Assembly (NCBI GenBank): GCA_036785375.1 | Contig: JAWMAR010003093.1 | Span: forward strand, 1-64,000 | Direction of reading: 5' to 3' | DNA from: Leucoraja ocellata | Taxonomy: Eukaryota | Length of the DNA: 64,000 bases | Shown here: piece after piece, positions 53,223 through 64,000 of the stretch | Numbering within the stretch: the stretch's first letter is position 1 | Layout: each line of letters starts with the position of its first letter | Translations under genes and position numbers: made by a program | Notes under the pieces: generated by a model | The model's input: the letters and a program-made list of their open reading frames with translations, nothing else | What the model was told of the DNA's origin: nothing | Database searches by the model: none

Positions 53223-53751
53223 CCGAGGAAAATAAGTAAATAAGTGAAGTAAATTACAAGCAAAGCCAGAATGATGTGATAGGAGCCATTTTCAATGAAT
53301 GTGTTCAGTTCCACTCCCCCACATCTGCCATGTTTTGGCATATGAAATTAATTCCTGAGGACCTCACCCCGCCGAGTCCACGCCGACCATCGATGACCCG
53401 ATCACTTTCGTTCCGTGTTATTTCACCTTTCCATCTATTCCTTACACACTTGGTGCATGTTTACAGAGGCCAATTAACCTAAAACAAACACACGTATTGG
53501 GGATACGGGAGGAAATCAGAGCACCTGGACGATACCTACACGGTCACAGCGAGACGGGAAAACTACACTCGGACATTACCCGAGTACAGGATTGATCCCG
53601 GGTGTCTGAAGCTTTGAGGCAGCAGCAGCTGCGCCACTGTGCCGACAAAACGTGTGATTTGTTTTTAAAAGCGTGCAGCTGGGTGATTGTTGAAATTTAA
53701 CCACAGCTAGCCGGCAAAATAGGTTTGTAATTTCCATGAGTTGCAGCAGTG

Positions 53752-53823
53752 TATCGAGTGGCCTAGTGATCTGCATTCTGCGCACCGACCGTTGCTGCCT
53801 GAATTCGGTTCGTGGTCAGGCAG
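53752..53823 (+). pseudogene. Decayed tRNA-Glu-derived sequence (paralog)
   Basis: Paralog of 38798-38869 with further substitutions. Confidence 0.65.
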
Positions 53824-54568
53824 TATGGCGGCATCTTTCTGTCTCCAGCGGCAACATTATTAGACCGCGCATCGTTCACTCTGTGTAGTTTCAGCGTCGC
53901 CTCAACCACGTGAACAGTCAGCAGCTCACAAACATTTAAAATAATATACTTATGCAAAATACATAAACATTATTGCTACCAACGGCTAACATTGCCATAA
54001 CCCCGACTGGTTCATGCAGCCAGGGGTCTCAGATTCAAATTAATATTGATATTCACATTCAAAATATATCTCCAAAATCGAAGAAAATATATACCAACAT
54101 TGGCCCATAAATAATATTTTCGAATATGCTAACTATACAACGTGTTGTCCATCATGGAAACAAACCACTGGAGATTGGACGATAATTGAAATGCACTCTC
54201 GCTCACCTGCTCGCGGAGTGCGGTGGATATCAGGGCAGTTGGGGAGGAGCAGCCATAAAGTGTGAAATCGCAACATTTGACTGGGTCTTTACATGGAAAC
54301 AGTTCCGCCTTCACTGAACTCGACTATGGGAAACACAACTGGGATTATTGTGAATTGTGGGAACAGTCATAGTGCGTCAATTCTTTGGATTTCGAAATAT
54401 ATAGTTTATTCGAGAAATAAATATGTACAATACATGATCCTTACAAAACCCCCATCCGACATTCTCGGAGGCTAAACATACATTCAATACTGTTTACACA
54501 AATTACACAATTTTACCTCCCACCTAAGGGGTCACAAATAACATTAGCAAATGTGCAGATGACACAAA

Positions 54569-54699
54569 NNNNNNNNNNNNNNNNNNNNNNNNNNNNNNNN
54601 NNNNNNNNNNNNNNNNNNNNNNNNNNNNNNNNNNNNNNNNNNNNNNNNNNNNNNNNNNNNNNNNNNNNNNNNNNNNNNNNNNNNNNNNNNNNNNNNNNN
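54569..54699. other. Assembly gap (131 N)
   Basis: Run of n characters. Confidence 1.
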
Positions 54700-56129
54700 G
54701 GTCGGTAGATGCAGCTCACGCTTCGGTCGATCGAGCTCGAGGCTTTCCAGGCGAGTAACCAAAACATCTGGCAACCTCATGGAAACCTTGGGTTGCGGGC
54801 AAGGTCACCAGAGTTTTCCGTTCAAGTTTCCTAAGAGGGACAGAGGCATTACACTGTCGGAGACCCGGGTTAGAACCTGAGTACCGTGTTGTCAGTATCG
54901 ACGTTGCAAGTTCTGACGATTGGACAAGATGGCGGCGCCTCGCGGCAGCGGCCTCTGCTGTACGTCTGTCTTTCCCTTCTTCTTGTCTCGTTAGGTGTCT
55001 GTTTTGGTTTCGTTTTATATACTTTTTAGCTGTGTATATGTGTGTGTGTGGGGGGGGGTGGGGGGGGGTCGTGGGGGGGGGGGGGGGGGTTAAATCTCTT
55101 CCCTGTACGAATATTCGACCTTTTCCCTGTCAAGTCTCCGTTGTCGTTGGGGCCCAACATTGTGCAGCCGGCGGCCTCCAACCGGAATCGACCTGGGTCT
55201 CGAGTCGCGGAGCCTGCGGACTAGGACTTCGGAGCTTCGGAGTCTCCGTCTGCAGGCTCTGTGGACGGTAACAGCGGGAGCTCGCAGGTCCCTGGTAGGA
55301 GACCTCTTTTTGGAGCTCCCGCAACGGTAACTTCTCCCGACCGAATCGAGATGATTAAATCGACCCGTAGCAGGTCCTTATATCGCCCGGCGCGGTTTCA
55401 ACGGACGTTGGACTTACCGTCAACCGCTGAGGGCTCTAACATAAAAAGCCTCGATCAGCTCGATGCAGCAGTTTGACTGCTTGACTGTGGGAGAAGAATA
55501 AAGAACCGAGAACAGCGAAGAGAAAATACTTTTTCCTTCCATCGCAGTGAGGGGGTGTTTGGAGAATCACTGTGATGGATGTTTGTGTGGAATTGTGTTA
55601 ATTTTGTGTATTGTTTTTTGTTGTTGGTATGACTGCAGGACCGTAATTTCGTTTGAGCCTGTGTTTCAATGACAATAAACGGCATGCTGATTCTGACTCT
55701 GATTCCGATGACTGCCTGGGTTTTCTCCGGGTGCTCCGGTTTCCTCACAGACTCGAAATACGTACAGGCATATAGTTTATTTTTAATGTCTGTAAATTGT
55801 AACTATTCTCCAGCTTGTAGTAGAGTGCTGCTGTCTGGGGTGATCGTTGGTAAGCGCTGATTGTGTGGGACGAAGGGCCTGTGTCCACAGCGGATCTCTG
55901 ATTTCTTGAGCCTATGTTCCTTGGGCGCAGGAGGCGGAGTGTATGGGATCATTAGCGGATCGGACAACGTGAATCACGCGAGAATCACAGTGGGAAACTT
56001 TGATTCTGCTGTGTGGGGATATTTTATGTTGGACTCTATCGTGTGTTGTGTTCTTTATTTTATTGTATGGTTATATGGTGACCACACATTTCACTGTAGC
56101 AACTGGTACATGTGACAAATAAATGCATC

Positions 56130-57360
56130 TCGTATCGTGTCCTTTGCCCAGAGTTGGAGAATCAGGAACCAGAGGAATTAGGTTAAAGGTGAGAGGGGAA
56201 ATATTTAACAGGAACGGGAGGGAAACTTTTGCACTTGAGAAGGTGATGGGTATCACCTGGGGTCACTGTACAACACTCACTGAAAGTAAGCATTCAGGTA
56301 CAGCAGGCAGTGAAGAAAGCTAATTGCACGTTGAGCTTCATAACAAGCGCAGTTGAGTATAGGAGCAAAGAGGTCCTTCTGCAGTTGTACAGGGCCCTAG
56401 TGAGACAACACCAGGAGTAATGTGTGCAGTTTTGGTCTCCAGATTTGACGAACGGCATTCTTGCTATTGAAGGAGTGCACCGTGGGTTGGGAGTGCACCG
56501 TGGGTTCACCAGGTTAATTCCCGGGATGGCGGGACTATCATATCTGGATACAATGGAGCGGCGGGGCTTGTATACAATGGAATTTAGTAGGACGAGAGGG
56601 GATCTTTTTGAAACATAAAATATTATTAAGGGATTGGACACGTCGGAGGCAGGAACCATGTCCCCGATGTTGAGAGAGTCAAGACCTAGGGACCGCAGTT
56701 TAAGAATAGGTTGTAGGTTATTTAGCAAGCGGGAGATCATGCTGTTTTAGGCGAATTGAGCGGAGATGTTCAACGAAACGATCCTGCACGTTGCCGAGGA
56801 TCGTGCCAGTTAATTTACTTGCCACAGTCGAGCCCCCTAGCTTAAAAAGTAACACATGTGTTTGTGCAATAAATTAGTTTATGGGTCTGGAAGCGGAGAG
56901 AGAAGGTCCTGTGATAGGACACAGATGGAAATTAGCTGATTAGCTTATTTTCAATAGACAATAGGTGCAGGAGTAGGCCATTCGGCCCTCCTAGCCAACA
57001 CAGTCATTCAATGTGATCATCCCTATATTTAAGAGCCCTATCTAGCTCGCTCTTGGCATTATCCAGAGAACCGGTCTCCACCACCGTCTGAGGCAGAGAA
57101 TACCACAGACTCATTACTCTCTGTGTGAAAATTTGTTGCCGCATCTCCATTTAAATGGCTTACCCCTTATTCTTAAACAGTGGCCCTGGTTCTGGACTCC
57201 CCCAACATCGGGAACATGTTTCCTGCCTCGAGCGTGTCCAAACCCTCAATGACATTATATGTTTCAATAAAATGCCCTCTCATCCTTCTAATTTCCAGTA
57301 TATACAAGCCCAGTCGCTCCATTATTTCAACATATGTCAGTCCAGCCATACTGGTTAGAA
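56130..57360. mobile_element. CR1 3' fragments (+ ~56130-56720; - ~56955-57360)
   Basis: QFWSPDLTNGILAIEGVHR...; uninterrupted counterparts of fragments that carry later inserts in B1/B2. Confidence 0.8.
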
Positions 57361-59161
57361 CCGCCCGTTGGGAAAATTAAAGTTCTGAAGTCTACCCTGT
57401 CGACACCTGTCGTAAACTAACTAACGTAAACTAAATAAACTAGCACGCTGTACAAATTGGTGACCAGCAGCAAAGCCATTAGTGAATGTCTTTGCCAATT
57501 CGGAAAGATGGACACATTTACTAAGTACAGCGTGTTTTAGAGTCGGAGTTGCTCATTTACCGGAATGGTGGCTGGATTAGCGGTGCAGGGAGAGATTGGT
57601 CATATTTGGATTCTTTCCCTCGGGAATGTCGGAGATTGCAGGAAGATCTGGTTGAGGTATGTAAAGTTTTGAGAGGGTCGAAAGGGTCGCTCCCCCAACG
57701 CACCCGTTCCCTACCCCGTGGCCACCACAGGAGGCGTGGTCCTCCAACTCAAGCCGTTCCTGAACGTAAGTGAAGCTGATCACTGCTGGCCGAGACATTG
57801 TGACGTCATCAGTTGAAGCTAGTAGTTTTATATTCAATCTTTTGATTTTTATTAAAACTTTAATCAGTAATGTCGAGAAATACAGCATAAAATGGTCAGC
57901 GAAGGTGCTCGCTGCTGGCTGGAGGAGATAAGTGTGGATCAGGATATGTAAAAATCTTATGAAAGTTGGCCTTTTTAATGCTTTAATCGCGAATAACGTT
58001 AAATATAGGATGAAATTTTCAGGGAAGCTGATCACTGCTAGCCGAGCCATTGCGACGTCATCAGTTGCAGCTGGTCGTTTTAAATTCAAATTATTTTGAT
58101 GATTTTAAACTTCTTACTTACTTTGAATCAGAAATTTGTCAAGAAATAAAGCATAAAATGTCCAGTGAAGGTATGTATTCACGGCCTCGAGGGGATAAAC
58201 GTCAATCAGAATATGTAAAAATGTAATCGTTACCGCTTCGGGAGCGGAGGATTTGGGGAGAGAGTACTCAACTCAAATTTGGAGCTATACAAATCTCAGC
58301 CGCCATCGGTGGTGAAAATAAATTAATGGATTTCTCACATTATCTTGCCCTGCAAGAGGAGATAAATCCGACTCTTGTCCACTCCCTCGAATCTCAAATA
58401 GGCAGAGCTCCAGCACCGGCGCTGCATCAAAGGAGGTGGGACATTAATTCAAATCGATTTTCAGCATATCTTTACCACACAGGCGAACTTACTCACTTTA
58501 CCGCCCTCTACTGGACACTCGCTGTTACACACTGCTTGCATTAACAAAATAATTTGTAATGCCAACGTATGAATAACACCCACTACCTTTGGCTGCATCT
58601 GGTGCAGAGTTACTAATTGTACTGAAAACCGAAATGCTCTGTAAGATGCAACGAGGCATTACATTCAGTGCGAGAAACAAATATAAAATGGAACTCTCAT
58701 TAACATAACTGTTGCAGCAAGAATGTTATTAAGCACATTGGCGCACTGGGCATTTACATACGTAAACATGGAACGTCTCAAATAATTGTAGAGTAATGGA
58801 GCATGCAATGTTTAGGACCATAACTCTATGTCTGTTTTCATTGCGTGTTGGAGAAGTTACCGCTGGATTCAAAGGAAGGTGGAAACAGTTAACGGCGAGG
58901 CTCAATTCCTGAATCATTGGAGGTCTGTTCCAGTACAACATAGCACTCGGTTCCACATGGCCGCCCTTCCCACTGGGCTCTTTGAACAATGCGCCCGTGT
59001 CGCATGTTAAATAGATGGCGAGATGCGCATTCCAGTGCAGGGGACGCGTTCACATTGTATTTCTAAACTATTTTTTTGAAAATTGAGGCGGACACTTTTC
59101 AGAGAACACCCTTCATTACCTAATTTTTTCATTCACTCACGGAGGGATTAGTATTGTAATG

Positions 59162-61877
59162 TTAATTTACATCTGGTGTTCTCGATTTTATTAAGCTTAC
59201 AGTTAGGGTGAAGGGGTACATGAGTACCTGGAGCAGATGCTCTCTGAACCTCCTCTGGGTCACGGTGTAAATGAGCGTGTTTGTGCAGGTGTTCAACAGT
59301 TGTAGCAGAATTCCAGTTTGTTCAAATGTTGGAAATGGGTTCTTCAACCCCCTGGACATAAATGCATTCGTAATTCGATATAAAACGAAATATACCACAG
59401 TTGTGCCCCAGAGCAGCAGAAAACTGCTGGAGATTGCAAGGAGTAAAATTACGGACCGTCTGCGGTTTGCGATTTCGGGGTCCTCACTACTGAGATCGCG
59501 GAGTTTCCTGCGGACACGACTGGCCACTAAAATGCGTCTGACAGTGAGCACGTTCATTAGCATAATCAAGCAAAATGGAATGACTGGCGGCTGTTGAGTC
59601 CAGGAAAATGCTATCCACGAGGATAGGCTATAAAAGTGATATCTTATTAGGCAGCCCCACTGTATACCCTGCTGATCCCTGACATAATAATTGTACGCAA
59701 ACGGCCAGGGGACGCTCAGTAAACAGAAGAACGCAGTTAGGGTCACTATAACCACCAGCGCGGTTCTCTCGGTGCAGTATCTGGTTCTCAGATTCTGAGT
59801 GGAAATGGCCACAAAGCGATCAAATGTGAAAGCGACCGTGAGCCAAACAGAACAGGCAACGGCCGCGGGAGCGAGGAACATAATGGACGTGCACACAGTA
59901 TTGTGGAAGAGGAATGAGTGCGCCCAGTAAAGGTCAGCAATCCGTTGTAATATCACTTCGCAGACGATCACCGAGAGGTCCACAGTCGCCATGGCCACCA
60001 GGTACCGAGTGGTGCATTTGGCGAGACCACAATTTCTGCTGGACAGGATCACAATCGCCAACAAGTTCACTGGAAAAGAGAAAACTGTCGTTACATGTAA
60101 GGGAAACACGATGCTCACTTGGAAGCGTGGGTCAAACTTGGGTACGCTTGGCTTATTTGTTCTAAAAAAACTGGCCCACATACAAACATGGCTGCGTGCT
60201 AAGCAGCTGTGCGGATTACGTAGCAGCGGTCTACGCAGGCAGCGTGAGCTGTCTCCCAGCCACAATTGTTGCACCGCAGACTGCATATTGCAGCAACATG
60301 TCCGTATCAGACGCCATCGTCCTGGACCTAAACCCTTCCTGGGAACAGCCGGGCAGCAAGGAGTCGAAAGTCACATTCCCATTCCCAACACTACTCCCAT
60401 CCAACCCATTGATAAGCTCCCGAGCCTAGCGATCAGCACACCAGCTTCTAATGTTCAAATGAACGTACATTAATCAGAGAGTAGTAGTTATAACACCCCT
60501 TCCACAATAATTCTCTACAACGGTGCCGCATAAAGACGTCTCATCCGGTTCCGGGTTCTTCCTCCCATGCACTCACGACCCCGCGGCCAAATGCGGCTGT
60601 GACTGCTCCCACAAGCTCCCAGATGATGACAATCTCTATGTCTGTATCAACGAGGCCAAGGAGCAAGTTATCGATATCAGGAAATGCGGTGGATCACCGG
60701 TCAGCAACAACGGTGCTGAAGTGGAAGTGATTGAGGACGTCAAGTTCCTCGTAGTTAATATTACCAACGATGTTTGTTGGACGACCACATCGAAGGGACA
60801 GCTAGCGGCAGAACAACACCTTTACTGAGTAGTCTGAGGAACTTTGACCTGCCTCTGATGACTCAAACATGCTGCGACAGATTAGCATAGAACGCTTACT
60901 GTTGGGTGTATCACAGCTTGTTGTGGGGATATATGCCCAATAAAGAGCAAATTGCGCAGGGTTCTGGAAGATGCCGGGTCGTTATTACGAAATAGACTCC
61001 GCACTGTTGGCTGCGTTTGCACTTCACAATCCCTTGGAAACGGAGACATGTCTCACCCCGCTCATTCCTTCTACTCCCTGCACCCGTCGGGCAGAAGATA
61101 CAGAAGGCTTAAAGCTCGCACCACCAGACTCCAGAACAGATGCTTACCCTCTGTTGGCAGGCTTCTGAGCCGCTCTTCCATATGCGAGGGTATTGCCGTT
61201 TCACCTCTATCCCCTTGCGGACATTGGGCTTTGTGGATGTGATACGCTGCAGTGCGCTCCCAAACTGGGACTACGCTCTGCACTCCGATTTCCCCTCTTA
61301 CACTACCTGTTACTGAGATTGAATTGTTTGTACTGATATTTAATATTATTTGATCTAATTTGGATTTCTTGCAAACCAATGCTTTTTGCAGCTCCCGGAG
61401 AGACATGACAACAATGCACCTAAACCTGAATCTGAAGAGAATTAACCTGTGCCAGATCCAATGAACGACGAACGATCCAGTAGCTTAACAAAGGAATAGG
61501 TGACGTTTCGGGTCGAGACCCTTCTTCAGACTGATCAGTCTCGACCCGAAACGTCACTTATTCCTTCGCTTCATAGATGCCGCTTCATCCGCTGTCTAAT
61601 TCTCCAGCATTTGTGTCTAGCTTCGATTTCTCCAGCAGCTGCAGTCATTTCTTAAACAAACATTTTCTAGTTAATACAGCCCTAACCTGAAGGTTGCAGT
61701 CTAGCATTCCCGTGTTTCGCACACCATTTTCACTTTACCTTTAACAATGTTTTTATCAACACATCATCCCACATCTCAGTCCCACGTACTGGGTTCCCTT
61801 GACCTACCGGGTACACCGATTGCTGCCAGAATTGGATAATAATAATATTCAACTTCCAAGTGCCGCTTCCAATCCAT
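59162..61877 (-). CDS. GPR139-like GPCR, copy 4 (inverted); exon 1 61877-61808, exon 2 60069-59162; ~325 aa
   Basis: Exon 1 MDWKRHLEVEYYYYPILAAIGVP+G then gtagg on the minus strand. ttttccag acceptor. Open 7TM frame with a 2-codon in-frame deletion at the start of TM5. Confidence 0.9.
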
Positions 61878-63689
61878 TTCTCCTTCAAGCCGTCCGCAGT
61901 TATGCAGTGCAAAAATTATAGGAGTCAAAGTGAGAAGTCAAACAGCGCTATATTTATATTCTTAGAAAAAACTGAAGGACTGCGTTCGTTCACCTCCCCG
62001 CGGACATTTATTGTGGACCGTTGAACAAATAGTTTGCTCCCAGGTGATGCAAAGCGATCAAACTCATTATGCGACCGCTCGCTGCTCAGGCACCAGCTGA
62101 GCTCCAACAGAACTAAGGAACTGTAAAATACGAGTGAACATTCTATTTTTAAATTTTAACGCGTGGCACACAGATGCAGCAAAATTCATGTCATGTAGCA
62201 TTGATCCACATATGCTGCGATGTAATACAGTATATTACTTGTCGCATTTGCAATGCATTTTCCAGACACCGTTCCCATTGATAATTTCATCTTATCCATG
62301 GAGCTGCCTTTCAAAAGGAAAGATAATCATTTTTTGGCAGGGTCTAATGATGTAAACCACAGGGAACCTTCTAGACGACATCGTATACAATTCAGCTACA
62401 ACAGCAGCATTAATTTATTTCAACTGTTGCCACTTCATGAAGTAAGGAATAGGCGAATATAACGTGTAATGTGATAACTGACTGGAAATATACAACGGCT
62501 AGAAATATTCTTGAACAGATTATCTTTAAAGAAATGTGTTAATTCATAAAACACAGAGGTGAACAGCTTTTGATGTCATTCCAGATATTAGAGCGAAATC
62601 TTCTCAATTCAATGATCCGTTGGAGATATCAAGAATGTTGATGTACAAGTTGATTTAATCGGTTAAGGAGAATCTCACCGACTGTAAATGTTTGGGGATA
62701 GATCACCCAGAAGAAAGTCTTGACCCAAGAAAGAAGTGTCATGTTTGCTGCACTCGACCTAAGCAATTCACTGACAAAAACTTCAGAGCAGTACACCACA
62801 GGGGGAGGGAAATTATTTTTCGAAATAGTGCATTTAGGATCCATTTAAGTATGCAACTTTATTCATATGAATGGTACTAATATTGGACAATGTTAATTGT
62901 GAGATGGACTGGCTAATGCAGAAGCCTTATCCCGCTGCTGCGAACAAAACCAGGATGAGTTATGGAGGGTTAACATATGACAAGATGATCAGTTGAGGTA
63001 TTTTACTGTGTTCCTCGGATGTAGGTCTCTAAAAGAGGGCAAAAGTCTAAAATGAGGCGGTAAATATTTAAAGGGGACGCCGCGCCAACTCTCCTTCACG
63101 GGAGAGGCAGGTATATTGAACCAACTCTCACTGTAAGTGGTAGTTGCATATTACACAGCACAGAATCAGGGCCTTTTCTCCATCTTGTTCATGAACAATT
63201 TGCTTGCACCCAAGGCGAGTAAATTTGAATGTGGATGGTAAGATTTTTTTCCCGTCAGCCAGCTTGAGTTGTCGGCTTATTTCACTGCAGGAGTCACACG
63301 CAGTTGGGCATAAGTGGAATTTAACCATCTGGTCTGGGACGTTGGCGAGACCGGACGTGCAATGTTGTTCCGATCGCAATATGTTAGCGATGATACCATT
63401 AATCTGGGGAGTGGCAGAGTATTAATGACAACGTTTTTGCCAGGAATGGAGAGGTTGAATTCCGAGAGAGACTGTATAGGTCAGGATATTTTATTTCTCT
63501 GGACCGAACGATGTTGTGATTTGACATTTCAAGTTTGGAACGTTTTCACGAGAGACAATATAATCAAGACAGTCGTCGCAATGCCCAATTGTGGTCCAAA
63601 TGACGAGGAAGAGAGATTTAGTAGAGTTGGAGACTCATATGTTATGTGCAGAAATTTGCGCCTTGCCTCGGGGGAAGATGATGTGTTGT

Positions 63690-63981
63690 TCTTCGATCTT
63701 GGAATAAAGTCCTGGTGTCATCCTGCGAGCGCGACCAAACCAGAAGCGGGAGCCGCGCGGAGGTCGAGTGAGTGACACGGCGGCGAGGCGGCGAGGCGGC
63801 GAGGCGGCGAGGCGGCGAGGCGGCGAGGCGGCGAGGCGGCGAGGGGGCGAAGCGCCTGCGGTCAGGCAGGCCGTTGCCGCGCGGAATTTTTGAACACAGT
63901 CAGTTTTTCGGAGCCCCGCGCGATGTCGGGACCAGCTACGCACAACTCCATACGCCTCCGGCGATCGAAGTGGGACCGGCC
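63690..63981. mobile_element. Possible DNA-transposon (PIF/Harbinger-like MITE) end containing a (GGCGGCGA)n repeat at 63779-63843
   Basis: Terminal aagtgggaccggcc resembles the gcccctgtcccactt terminus seen at ~35961, ~49634 and ~54832-54848. About 8 copies of an 8-mer. Family assignment is from memory only. Confidence 0.45.
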
Positions 63982-64000
63982 ACGCGAGGCTGCACGGCTC

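Larger units (their letters stand above)
40320..54400. repeat. Segmental duplication unit B2 (GPCR copy 3 + V2)
   Basis: Collinear with B1 at an offset of ~13.7-15 kb depending on indels. Confidence 0.9.
54830..63690 (-). repeat. Inverted, more diverged paralog of the cassette (GPCR copy 4)
   Basis: Reverse complement matches ~35980 back through the GPCR to the upstream block at ~10330-12150. Confidence 0.85.

Noticed and set aside
25915-54400. Possibility that the tandem units are uncollapsed haplotypes
   Set aside because: Units differ by ~5% in the V exon and by several independent transposon insertions and deletions, and they are joined by contiguous sequence. Only the orientation across the N gap remains uncertain.
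60070-60286. N-terminal extension of ORF 59162..60286 (and 13563-13617 in copy 1)
   Set aside because: Intron sequence upstream of the acceptor; the true N-terminus is the conserved 70-nt exon.
63314-63775. 153-aa ORF
   Set aside because: Highly decayed CR1 3' end (FLPGMERLNSER resembles MLPGLEGLSYRER); paralog at ~10330-10760 on the opposite strand.

Overview
Eukaryotic (vertebrate) genomic DNA. The repeat content (CR1 LINEs with ORF1 esterase, Rex1/L2-type LINEs, Neptune-type Penelope, tRNA-derived V-SINEs) points to a cartilaginous fish, probably a skate; this is inference. The window is a segmentally duplicated array holding four intact two-exon GPR139-like class A GPCR genes (three on +, one on - beyond a 131-N gap). 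The 70-nt first exon of each is missed by the ORF track. Interleaved with them are two intact T-cell receptor alpha/delta-type V segments on the - strand, each with a leader exon, a V exon and an RSS (CACAGTG, 22-nt spacer, ACAAAAACA). A ~14 kb cassette of one GPCR plus one TCR V has been duplicated as a unit. GPCR paralogs differ mainly in extracellular loops, and the V paralogs mainly in CDRs. V-(D)J recombination would therefore be expected to delete GPCR genes and move others next to the rearranged V in T cells. Minor features include hammerhead-ribozyme-like motifs in every GPCR intron, decayed tRNA-Glu copies and nested transposon insertions that order the duplications. Transposon boundaries are approximate (tens of bp); exon and RSS coordinates were counted exactly.
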